Virus record (IMG/VR): IMGVR_UViG_3300023181_000010
Coordinates: 1 to 51,528 of that record
Length of the DNA stretch: 51,528 nt
Strand: one strand, 5' to 3'
Source: a virus
Taxonomy: Duplodnaviria; Caudoviricetes
Below, piece by piece: positions 9,344 through 17,599 of this stretch (positions are counted from its first letter, which is position 1; each line of letters opens with the position of its first letter). Under the pieces are notes generated by a model that ran no database searches, was not told the DNA's origin, and worked only from the letters and a program-made list of their open reading frames with translations. The position numbers were made by a program, and so were the translations under genes.

Positions 9344-9698
9344 TCTCATCGGGGGCCGGTGCCCGTACATGGCTCACGACAACTGCCAGTGCTCGAGCCG
9401 TGAGGGTCACCAGTCCGAGCACACCTGTTCCGTGTCGCACGCCGACGTCCCGGTCCGGCAGGCCGGGAACCTCACCCGCGACCACCTGAACACCACCATC
9501 GCGTTCCGCTCACTGGCCCCCGGCAGAGACGTGTCCGGGGTGCTGTTCGCGTTCGCTCAGGGGCCCCGCGACACGCGGTTGTTCCTCGACGACGACCGGC
9601 AAAGTGGGTACGTGGTGAATCCGACCAGCCGGATCTCATTCCCGACCCCCCGACCCGTCAACACCACCCCACCAACCACCGATGTGGAGATCCAATGA
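9336..9698 (+). CDS. Hypothetical protein, Cys/His-rich N-terminus
   Basis: Overlapping GTG start; C..C.C...GH...H motif. Confidence 0.65.
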   Translation: MADLIGGRCPYMAHDNCQCSSREGHQSEHTCSVSHADVPVRQAGNLTRDHLNTTIAFRSLAPGRDVSGVLFAFAQGPRDTRLFLDDDRQSGYVVNPTSRISFPTPRPVNTTPPTTDVEIQ

Positions 9699-10273
9699 CC
9701 GACACGAAGCCGCCCACCGGGTTACCGCGCTACGAGCACGACCCGACCACACACCGTGTCGAATGGACGATCGGTCGGTACGCCGTGAGCGGCCGGATCA
9801 TCTGTAAGGGCACCGAATGCCGACTGACACACCTGAGCGGTGACGAGTCGTGCCACGCCGTCACCGGATCAACGATCGGGTCGCCGTGCTCGTGCGGTGG
9901 AATCCTGACCGACGCCGGGCACTGCAACTTCGATGAGTGGATCAGCAACTCCGGCGATATGGCCGAGCAGTATTCCGGCCCACCCGATCAGCCGTTGCGG
10001 GACGGCCCGATCATCTTCGACTGGGAAGGCCAAGACTCCGGGTATTCATGGTTCTACGTCGTTCCCGAACCGGCGGTGCCGGCCGATCAGACGGCGTTCA
10101 TGGCCGCCCGGGATCTGACCGAGGAACACACCGGCCGACAGGCCCACATCGAGGGTGACACTGACCCTGTGTGGATCACATCGGTCACTCACCTGGTCTG
10201 TCTCGACGACTGTGGCGATTTCACCATCGACGCTGACACCCGGGTCACCCTCCTGCCCGAGAGTGGGACCTGA
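9695..10273 (+). CDS. Hypothetical Cys-rich protein
   Basis: GGAG RBS, ATGA overlap. Confidence 0.7.
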   Translation: MTDTKPPTGLPRYEHDPTTHRVEWTIGRYAVSGRIICKGTECRLTHLSGDESCHAVTGSTIGSPCSCGGILTDAGHCNFDEWISNSGDMAEQYSGPPDQPLRDGPIIFDWEGQDSGYSWFYVVPEPAVPADQTAFMAARDLTEEHTGRQAHIEGDTDPVWITSVTHLVCLDDCGDFTIDADTRVTLLPESGT

Positions 10274-10671
10274 TGGACGTCACGCCCCGCCCCTACCTGG
10301 CCCGTATCGGCGACCCCGACCGGGCGCTCGGTGCCGACACCCACCTGGCCCCGGCGAAGATCCTCCGGCCGATGCCGTGTTGCGGCCGGACCATCATCAT
10401 CGGCAACACGTCGCTCACCGGTAGCCCCTACGCGGTGTCATGCCCGGGTGTGTTCGTCGACGGCCGGTGGCGATTTTGGGCACCGGCCGAGTTCGACCGG
10501 ATTCGGGCGGTGCTCGAGCCGATCCACCAACCGGCCCCGGCCGTCGATCTCCGGTTCCTGGCAGACGACGAGGACCAGGACGAACCGCCGATGTCGCCGT
10601 GGACCGCTCACGCCCTGGTGTTCCTCGCCGGGTTGCTCACCGGGTTGTTGATCTGGTGGGTGACCCTGTGA
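10273..10671 (+). CDS. Hypothetical protein with C-terminal transmembrane helix
   Basis: TGATG coupling; ALVFLAGLLTGLLIWWV. Confidence 0.65.
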   Translation: MDVTPRPYLARIGDPDRALGADTHLAPAKILRPMPCCGRTIIIGNTSLTGSPYAVSCPGVFVDGRWRFWAPAEFDRIRAVLEPIHQPAPAVDLRFLADDEDQDEPPMSPWTAHALVFLAGLLTGLLIWWVTL

Positions 10672-10859
10672 CAGAGAACGGGGCCGCCCTGGTCGCACTG
10701 AACCGCGTCGACACCACCGCCGCGGCACTCGCCATTGCCGAGGCGAACGCCGTCGCCGCGATCCGGCACGCACACCGGGCCGGCGCATCCGAGCTGTCCA
10801 TCACCAAAGCATCGGGTCGGGCCCGGAACACCGTGCGGAAGATCATCGGCAAGAAGTAG
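10668..10859 (+). CDS. Small HTH DNA-binding protein
   Basis: AIRHAHRAGASELSITKASGRARNTVRKII, a typical small actinophage HTH. Confidence 0.65.
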   Translation: MTENGAALVALNRVDTTAAALAIAEANAVAAIRHAHRAGASELSITKASGRARNTVRKIIGKK

Positions 10860-10979
10860 GATCGCTGTCGGGGCCGTGCTTTCCGCCGCAGACCATCGCA
10901 GCGGCCGGCACGGTGCCCTATGATCGTCGATGTCACGCGCTGGCCGCCGGCGGCGAAACCTCCGGCCACCCGTCGACCT

Positions 10980-11020
10980 GAACGGCCCCCGCTACAGACA
11001 CAGTCTGGCGGGGGCCGTTC
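10980..11020 (+). terminator. Intrinsic terminator-like hairpin
   Basis: GAACGGCCCCCGC / GCGGGGGCCGTTC. Confidence 0.7.
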
Positions 11021-11121
11021 CCCGTTCTGCTACCGTGACGACCAGATCCGATCAGCCCTCCGGTACGCCGGGCATGTCGGACGTGCACTACGCCGGTCGT
11101 GAAGCTGATAGCGATCGGAGC

Positions 11122-11160
11122 AACGGCCCGGGTCGACCCTCGACGGTCACCCGGGCCGTT
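11122..11160 (+). terminator. Intrinsic terminator-like hairpin
   Basis: AACGGCCCGGGT / ACCCGGGCCGTT. Confidence 0.7.
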
Positions 11161-11227
11161 CTGCTACCGTCGCACCCAGGAACCCCGGTCGTTGCTAACC
11201 CCGACTGCCGGGGTTCCTGCCTATCCA

Positions 11228-11272
11228 GACACGGGCACCGTCCCACAATCGCCGATCCTCACCGGCGACAGT
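11228..11272 (+). promoter_or_regulatory. Putative late promoter, copy 2 (leaderless, portal)
   Basis: GACACGGGCACCGTCCCACAA-N18-GACAGT-N6-ATG(11279). Confidence 0.75.
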
Positions 11273-11278
11273 GCAGGG

Positions 11279-12799
11279 ATGACGACGCCGACACGACGGA
11301 CCGCACTCAAGATCGCCGGCACTGAGATCGGCCACACCGGGCACATGCGCCCCTCGTATGCCGTAGGGACCAGGGCACGGCAGGTCTGGGAGGCCGAACC
11401 GTCGGATCCGAACCTCGAGCTCAGGTTTCCCCTGTCGGTGGCCGTCTACGACTCGATGCGCCGCACCGACGGCAAGGCCCGGCAACTGTTGGCCGCGTTC
11501 ACCCAACCGATCCTGTCCGCCCAGTGGGACCTCGAGGGGGAGGACGTCCGCCCTGAGGTGATGGCCGCGGTCCGGGCGGATCTCGGTCTGCCCGAGCGGG
11601 GGAAGGCCCGCCGGTCCCGGCACCGCAACGCCGGCGGTGTGATCTGGCTTGACCACCTGAGGCAGGCACTGTCCGCGTTGCCGTTCGGGTTCATGCCGTT
11701 CGAGCAGGTCTATTCGGTGACGTTCCCCGGCGACCCCGGTCACCCGGTCGACATCACCGACCGGCCGTTCGTGCACCTGCGGAAGCTTGCCCAGCGTCTC
11801 CCGACGACTGTCCAGGCGATCCGTGTCAACGAAGAGGGTGGGTTGTCTGGCATCGTCCAGAACCCGCCCGTCGGTGCACTGTGGGATCGCAACGGGTCCG
11901 GGCCGATGTCACCCGGGACCGAGCTCGGTGGAGGGAAATTCATCGGCGTCGACCGGCTGGTGATGTACGTCATCGACCGTGAAGGTGCCGACTGGTACGG
12001 CACGTCGGCGCTCCGGCAGGCATACAAGAATTGGCTGATCAAGGATGAGCTGATCCGCACCGGCGCGACATCCGTCGAACGTAACGGAATGGGTCTGCCG
12101 GTCGTCTACTTCGACGACAACGCGATGGACTCCGCGGACGCACTCGAGATCGCCACCCAGGCCCGGGCCGGCCGGACGTCCGGTGTGGCCCTGCCGCACG
12201 GGAAGGCGAAGCTCGAGCTGATCGGCGTCACCGGTGCCCTGATCGACCCGTTGCCGCAGATCAAATACCACGAAGAGGCAATGTCCGCGGGCATCCTGGC
12301 GATGTTCATGGATCTCGGTCACGACGCCGGCGCGCGATCGCTCGGTGACACATTCGTGGAGTTCTTCAAGGGCTCCGTGATCGCCACGGCGCAGGATTTC
12401 GCGGACACCGCAACCGAGCACATCATCCGTGACCTGGTCGAACTGAACTACGGCCCGGACGAGCCGTTCCCGTCGCTGGTGCCCCGGGATATCAACGTCG
12501 GTGCGTCGGCGACCGCCGAGGAACTGGCCGCCCTGTTCGAGGCCGGCGCGATCACCCTGGACCGGTCCGCCGAGGACTACGTGCGGACCCGGTTCCGGAT
12601 GCCCGCGATCGACCCGAAGGACCGGGAGGACGTCGCCGCGAACCCGGCCGCGCAACCCCCGGCCCCGCCGGCGGTGCTCGAGCCGGTCCCGGTCGACGTC
12701 GAGGAAACCGCGGCCCTGTCCGAGCACCGCCGGGCGTACGCCGCGAACCTCACCGACCGGGCCCGCCGGTATGCCGCAACGGCGGCCGCGCACCGGTGA
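11279..12799 (+). CDS. Portal protein (Mu gp29/DUF935-like)
   Basis: YDSMRRTDG, YG.SALR.AY..W..K, ER.GMG.P, GARSLG motifs; first gene of head module. Confidence 0.9.
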   Translation: MTTPTRRTALKIAGTEIGHTGHMRPSYAVGTRARQVWEAEPSDPNLELRFPLSVAVYDSMRRTDGKARQLLAAFTQPILSAQWDLEGEDVRPEVMAAVRADLGLPERGKARRSRHRNAGGVIWLDHLRQALSALPFGFMPFEQVYSVTFPGDPGHPVDITDRPFVHLRKLAQRLPTTVQAIRVNEEGGLSGIVQNPPVGALWDRNGSGPMSPGTELGGGKFIGVDRLVMYVIDREGADWYGTSALRQAYKNWLIKDELIRTGATSVERNGMGLPVVYFDDNAMDSADALEIATQARAGRTSGVALPHGKAKLELIGVTGALIDPLPQIKYHEEAMSAGILAMFMDLGHDAGARSLGDTFVEFFKGSVIATAQDFADTATEHIIRDLVELNYGPDEPFPSLVPRDINVGASATAEELAALFEAGAITLDRSAEDYVRTRFRMPAIDPKDREDVAANPAAQPPAPPAVLEPVPVDVEETAALSEHRRAYAANLTDRARRYAATAAAHR

Positions 12800-14586
12800 A
12801 CACGTACGACCTGGCCGACCTCGAGGCGTACGTCATCCTCGCCGAACGGGCCGAAGGTAGGACGCCGCCGGGGATGTTCCGGCCGACGTTCCCGCACGAG
12901 CAATTCGTGAATTTCGCCGAGATCGACGACATCCTTGGTGACGGGTACCGACGGACCGCCGAGGCCCTGGACGAGGTCCGAAACTCCATCCTGGACGCGA
13001 TGTCGAACGCGTGGGACCTGCCACCGGGGGAGTCCGAGAAGCTGGCCCGGGCGATCCGCGAATTCGGGGCCGCGCAGTCCCCGCAGATCCGGCAGGTCGT
13101 CGACAAGTCAGTGCGGGAGATCGCTGACGCTATGGCATCGGTGAACCACCGGTCCGCAGCCGGCCTGGTCCGTGAGGCCGCCCGGCAGGGTGTGTCCCCG
13201 GCCCGCACGGTGTCGCTGGTCCGCGGTGCCCGGTACGCCGATATGGCATCCGCCGGTCCGGCGATCCTGTGGTCGAGGTTGAACGCCGCGGCCGCCCAGG
13301 TCGTCACGCCCAGGGTCACGCCGGCTGAGGTGATCAGGGCCGCCGAGACGGTGTCGGTGGCGCAGGCAACGGACACGGCCCGGCAGGGTGTGCACGTCGC
13401 CGCTGGTGATGGTCGTCTCGCCGGGATCGACACGTTGCGTGAACCGTCGGATATCTACGCGTCCGAGCTGTTGGACGGCAGGACGTGTGACCGGTGTGCC
13501 CGGGTCGACGGCCGGCGGTACGCGAACCTCGAGGCCGCGATGAACGACTATCCCGGCGCGGGCCCGTACTGGAATTGCCGCGGTGGTGCCAGGTGCCGCG
13601 GGACGTTGGTCGTCGTCTACGAACCGGTCGACCCGGATGATCCGACCGCGCCGAAGGGCCCGCGGTTGCGCCCGGACCAGACCGGGCCGCTCGGTGACCA
13701 GTCCGCCGGGCAGACCGCGCTGGACGTCACCGACGTGACACCGCGGCCGCCGCGCAAGCCGAAGCAGGAACCCGAACCGCCGGCACCGGCCCGGGAGATC
13801 GTCGACGAGGTTCCAGTACCGGCCGAACCTGCCCGTCCGATGCGGGACCCGTCCGATATGACCGTCGATGAGATCGCCGACGAAATGACGGCCGTCATGG
13901 GCCGGTACGAAACGGCGGCCGCGTCCGATTACGAGGCGCTGGACGAGCTGATCGACCGGCTCGCAATGGAACTCGAGCGGAAGGAAGCCGCCGCCTACGC
14001 GGCCGAGCAGGCCGAGCAGCAGGCCGCCGCCCGGCTCGAGGCGAAACGTATCCGGGACCGTGAGCGGGCCCAGGAACGGCGGGACCAGAAACGCGCCGAA
14101 CGTGAAGCCGACGACTACGCCCGGCAGGACCGCATCGGGCAGTTGATCGACGAGGGATACGACGAAGCGAACGCGATCGCCGAGGCGTACGAGGTCCCGG
14201 TCGACCGTGTGCAGCGGAAGCTCGCCACGGAACGACTGCGGGCCGACGGGTACACCGGCCGCGGGTTCGACGAGCTGTCCCGCCGGGCGTGGGCCGATGA
14301 GGTCCGGAATCTGTACGCAGCGGCCGAAGAGGAAACGATCGGCTATTTCCTGAACGCCGAGGCCCGCCGGATCAACGCCGCCTATCACGCCCGCGGTGGC
14401 AAGGGCCGGTACATCGACGACGAGCTGTTGTTCCACGGCGGGTCCGAAGCGTTCGTCCGGAAATGGGCCGCCCCGGAACTGAACGCGTACTGGTCGGCGA
14501 ACGGCCGGATGACGCTCGAATCGTTCCGGGAGGAACTGTTGACCGGCCGTCGTGGCCGACTGTACGAGGGGGATGGTTCGGCGTGA
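12796..14586 (+). CDS. MuF-like minor head protein with long C-terminal extension
   Basis: After portal; SELLDGRTCDRC...DG and C.GG.RCRG motifs; Pro-rich linker, coiled coil, extra C-terminal domain. Confidence 0.75.
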   Translation: MNTYDLADLEAYVILAERAEGRTPPGMFRPTFPHEQFVNFAEIDDILGDGYRRTAEALDEVRNSILDAMSNAWDLPPGESEKLARAIREFGAAQSPQIRQVVDKSVREIADAMASVNHRSAAGLVREAARQGVSPARTVSLVRGARYADMASAGPAILWSRLNAAAAQVVTPRVTPAEVIRAAETVSVAQATDTARQGVHVAAGDGRLAGIDTLREPSDIYASELLDGRTCDRCARVDGRRYANLEAAMNDYPGAGPYWNCRGGARCRGTLVVVYEPVDPDDPTAPKGPRLRPDQTGPLGDQSAGQTALDVTDVTPRPPRKPKQEPEPPAPAREIVDEVPVPAEPARPMRDPSDMTVDEIADEMTAVMGRYETAAASDYEALDELIDRLAMELERKEAAAYAAEQAEQQAAARLEAKRIRDRERAQERRDQKRAEREADDYARQDRIGQLIDEGYDEANAIAEAYEVPVDRVQRKLATERLRADGYTGRGFDELSRRAWADEVRNLYAAAEEETIGYFLNAEARRINAAYHARGGKGRYIDDELLFHGGSEAFVRKWAAPELNAYWSANGRMTLESFREELLTGRRGRLYEGDGSA

Positions 14587-14909
14587 CCGAGACAGGTTTG
14601 ATACCAACGAAAGTCGCACTACGTCGCCCGGTGGCCGAGGCGTACCGGCTCGGTCGGGTGATGGGCCGGCGGCACCTGAACGCCGACGTCGACGCCCGGT
14701 TGCCGCGGTGCCCGTTCATCCTCAACGGCCCGTCATGGGTGCACCACCGGCTCGCGATCGCCTGGCACCGCGGGTTCCGGGAACTCATCCCACACCCCGT
14801 GCCGACGGACGCAGACCGCGCCGAAGGTGCGATCCCGGTCGATCACGACACGACGGCCGTCCCACAATCAGCCGCCGAATTCAGTGACGGTGTGCACCAT
14901 GCCCACTAA
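14583..14909 (+). CDS. Small hypothetical protein with Rmf/CrpP-like pattern
   Basis: GTGA overlap; AYRLG...G...CPF...AWHRGF. Confidence 0.5.
   Translation: MTETGLIPTKVALRRPVAEAYRLGRVMGRRHLNADVDARLPRCPFILNGPSWVHHRLAIAWHRGFRELIPHPVPTDADRAEGAIPVDHDTTAVPQSAAEFSDGVHHAH
14847..14891 (+). promoter_or_regulatory. Putative late promoter, copy 3 (leaderless, protease)
   Basis: GACACGACGGCCGTCCCACAA-N18-GACGGT-N7-ATG(14899). Confidence 0.75.
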
Positions 14910-16161
14910 GTCATTCCGCGCCGTCGAGATCGTGAAGGTCGGCGACTGGTCCGCATCCGCCGGTGACGGCAAGGTCACCCGGGAGGACCTGGCCGCGATG
15001 GTGGAGTCCTACGCGGATCCGCTGATCGACCGGGCCCCGGTGAAGCTCGGTCACAACGACTTGAGGTTTCAGGACGTCAACGGCCGCCCGCCGCTCACCG
15101 GTGACGGCGACCCGGCGTATGGGTGGATCACCGACCCGCGGATCTCCGAGGACGGGACGACCCTGTTGGCCGACATCGTCGGTGTGCCCGAGAAGCTGGC
15201 CGACATGATCCCGCACGGGTACCGCCGCCGGTCGGTGGAGATGATCCGGAACAGGGTCGTCGGCGGGAAAGTCCACCCCGTGTCGCTCCGGGCGCTGTCC
15301 CTGTTGGGCACCACACCGCCGGCTGTGAAGGGACTCGCGGACATCACCGAGGCATACGGGACCGGGCCGCTTCACTACGCCGACCCCGGCGCAACGCTGG
15401 TCGTCCTCACCCTGTCTGAGAGTGACGACACGGCCGCCGTCCCACAACCGACCGACTACACCGCCAACAGTGGCGGTGCTGGCAGTACGACACACACCAC
15501 CGACAAGGGAGCACCCAAGATGGGCAACACGAAGGTCGACGCGAAGATCCTCGCCGCATTCGGTCTGGACGACACCGCCACCGACGAGCAGGTCGCCGAG
15601 GCCGCCAAGGCCGCCGGGATCACGTTCGCCCCGGCCGAACCGGCCACCACGCCGGCCAAGACCGGACTGACCCCGGAAGAGATCGCCGCCACGGTCAAGG
15701 CCAACGAGGACGCGCAGCAGGCCGCCCTGGACGCCGCACTGAAGAACACCCCGAGCAACGGCGGGCAGATCACCGCACTGTCCGAATCGCAGGTCGCCGC
15801 GCTCGGTCCGTTGCTGAACAGTGGCATCCTCAAGCTCATCGACGCCGAGACCCTCACCGCGCTGTCGGCCGGTGCCGAGGCCGGCGCGCAGGCCCAGGCG
15901 ACGCTGGTCAAGGACCGCCGGAAGGGCATCCTCGACGCCGCGGTGGTCGCCGGGAAGGTCGCCCCGACCACCTACGCCGCGTTCGCCGCGATGCTCGACA
16001 AGGACGAGGACGGCGCAGTCGCCGTGATCAACCTGTTGCCCGCCGTGTTCCCGACCGCGTCGATCGGCCACGCAACGGAAACGGCGCTGTCCGAGGTCGA
16101 CGCCGCCACCCAGGCACAGATGTTCATCGACGCCGGCTACATCATCCCCGACGGCAACTGA
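14899..16161 (+). CDS. Capsid maturation protease-scaffold (Mu gpI-like)
   Basis: PVKLGH, PAYGWI, GYRRRSVE, ALSLLG..PPAVKGL motifs; helical C-terminal half. Confidence 0.88.
   Translation: MPTKSFRAVEIVKVGDWSASAGDGKVTREDLAAMVESYADPLIDRAPVKLGHNDLRFQDVNGRPPLTGDGDPAYGWITDPRISEDGTTLLADIVGVPEKLADMIPHGYRRRSVEMIRNRVVGGKVHPVSLRALSLLGTTPPAVKGLADITEAYGTGPLHYADPGATLVVLTLSESDDTAAVPQPTDYTANSGGAGSTTHTTDKGAPKMGNTKVDAKILAAFGLDDTATDEQVAEAAKAAGITFAPAEPATTPAKTGLTPEEIAATVKANEDAQQAALDAALKNTPSNGGQITALSESQVAALGPLLNSGILKLIDAETLTALSAGAEAGAQAQATLVKDRRKGILDAAVVAGKVAPTTYAAFAAMLDKDEDGAVAVINLLPAVFPTASIGHATETALSEVDAATQAQMFIDAGYIIPDGN
15427..15471 (+). promoter_or_regulatory. Putative late promoter, copy 4 (inside protease gene)
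   Basis: GACACGGCCGCCGTCCCACAA-N18-AACAGT, upstream of AAGGGAG RBS and in-frame ATG 15520. Confidence 0.7.
15520..16161 (+). CDS. Nested in-frame scaffolding protein (Mu gpZ-like)
   Basis: Own RBS and promoter motif; MGNTKVDAKILAAFGLDDTATDEQV is a typical scaffold start. Confidence 0.65.
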   Translation: MGNTKVDAKILAAFGLDDTATDEQVAEAAKAAGITFAPAEPATTPAKTGLTPEEIAATVKANEDAQQAALDAALKNTPSNGGQITALSESQVAALGPLLNSGILKLIDAETLTALSAGAEAGAQAQATLVKDRRKGILDAAVVAGKVAPTTYAAFAAMLDKDEDGAVAVINLLPAVFPTASIGHATETALSEVDAATQAQMFIDAGYIIPDGN

Positions 16162-16217
16162 CCACCAGCACCACCGAACAGCACCCGTCAAACCCCTGAC
16201 CACCTGAAAGGCAACTC

Positions 16218-16613
16218 ATGGTCAACACCCGCAAGGCGAACCCGACATTCCAGCATTTCGGCGCGGACGAGCGGAACACGTTCCTCGCCGTCGGTGCGAT
16301 CACCGGCAAGCGGTTCGTGAAGGTCGTCGCCGGTGGCACCGGCAACGTCCCCGCGGTGTCGCAGTGTGCCGCCGGTGAGCGTGCCGTCGGTGTCGCCGCA
16401 ATCGACGCCGCCACCAGCACGACCGTCGGCGTCGACCGCGGTCACCAGAACGTCACCGTGACCTGCGGGACGGCCCCGCTGTCCGCCGGTGCCGCGGTGG
16501 CATCCGACGCGCTCGGTCGCGCCGTCGTCCAGGCATCGACCGCGGTCACGCTCGGTATCTGTGCCGCAGACACCGCGGCCGGCGCGGACACGCCGGTCAT
16601 TCTCTGCATCTAG
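16218..16613 (+). CDS. Capsid cement/decoration protein (DUF2190-like)
   Basis: GAAAGG RBS; AVGVAA.DAA, AGAAVASDA.GRAV; immediately before the capsid gene. Confidence 0.8.
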   Translation: MVNTRKANPTFQHFGADERNTFLAVGAITGKRFVKVVAGGTGNVPAVSQCAAGERAVGVAAIDAATSTTVGVDRGHQNVTVTCGTAPLSAGAAVASDALGRAVVQASTAVTLGICAADTAAGADTPVILCI

Positions 16614-16681
16614 CCCACCCCGTTCGACCAGCAGTGACCCACCCACCCCGGCCCCGGCCGACACGCAAGGAGTAACAGAAA

Positions 16682-17599
16682 ATGCCCCAACTGCCCTACG
16701 GCCCGGGTACGCCGTTGCCGGTCGCCGCCGGCGAAATGACGGTCGACTGGTTCCTCAAGAACCCGACCGTCATCACGAAGGTGCTCGACGCCGTTCCGTC
16801 CCAGTACTTCATCGGGGATTTGATCTTCCGCAAGTCCCGCGCCGACGCCGGCGTCATCATCTACGACCGGGTCACCCAGCTCGACCTGTTCGTCAACGCC
16901 GAACCGGGTCGGCAGCCCGGCAACGTCGAACCGGGTTCCGCGTTCGCCCAGGTCGACGTCGACGAGGCCGTTCCGAACATCGCCCTGGTGCAGACCTCCG
17001 GCGCGTTCTTCAACGTCACCGACGAGCAGGAACGGCGCGACAACCGGGATGTCGTGGCGATCAAGCTCCGGAAGCTGATCAACACGATGATCCGCGTTTC
17101 CGACGCGAAGGCCGTGAACAAGCTGTTCTCGGATCCGCTGATCGCCGCGCAGCAGACCGCCCCGGCGGCCGCGTACTGGGACAGCGGGACGACCCAGCTC
17201 CGCGACCTCCAGGCCGCGATCGGCCGGGTCGACTACAACGAGATGGGTTACTCCGTCGACACGGCCCTGTGTCACCCGGACGCGTTCGAGGCGTTGCAGG
17301 GTGCCGACAAGGTGCAGGCATGGATGGCCCGGGAGAAGCGCCCGGACAACCCGCTGTTCAACAAGCAGATCGACGGGTTCAAGGGGCTGAATTGGGTCAT
17401 CACCCGCCGGGCCCCGCGGACGTCCGTCGCGCTGTTCCACCGCGGCATGGTCGGTGTCCGAGGCGAAGAGATCCCGCCGGCGACCGAGGTGATCCCCGAG
17501 CGGAAGTACCGCCGCACCCGGATCCAGCACTCGCGGGTCGAAACGTTCGCGATCAACGAGCCGATGTCGGTCTCGGTTATCTCGAATGTGATCGCCTGA
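16682..17599 (+). CDS. Major capsid protein
   Basis: AAGGAG RBS; 305 aa; position; V.PG.F, DTALCHP and terminal INEP.SV patterns of HK97-fold capsids. Confidence 0.85.
   Translation: MPQLPYGPGTPLPVAAGEMTVDWFLKNPTVITKVLDAVPSQYFIGDLIFRKSRADAGVIIYDRVTQLDLFVNAEPGRQPGNVEPGSAFAQVDVDEAVPNIALVQTSGAFFNVTDEQERRDNRDVVAIKLRKLINTMIRVSDAKAVNKLFSDPLIAAQQTAPAAAYWDSGTTQLRDLQAAIGRVDYNEMGYSVDTALCHPDAFEALQGADKVQAWMAREKRPDNPLFNKQIDGFKGLNWVITRRAPRTSVALFHRGMVGVRGEEIPPATEVIPERKYRRTRIQHSRVETFAINEPMSVSVISNVIA

Larger units (their letters stand above)
10919..11219 (+). ncRNA. Candidate array of 2-3 small non-coding RNAs
   Basis: -10-like boxes at 10919 (TATGAT), 11031 and 11165 (TGcTACCGT), each followed by a structured stretch ending in a 12-13-bp hairpin; no convincing ORF. 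Confidence 0.4.

Noticed and set aside
11040-11120. Canonical tRNA gene
   Set aside because: Multibranch fold but no TTC T-loop, D-loop consensus or CCA; kept only as a candidate ncRNA
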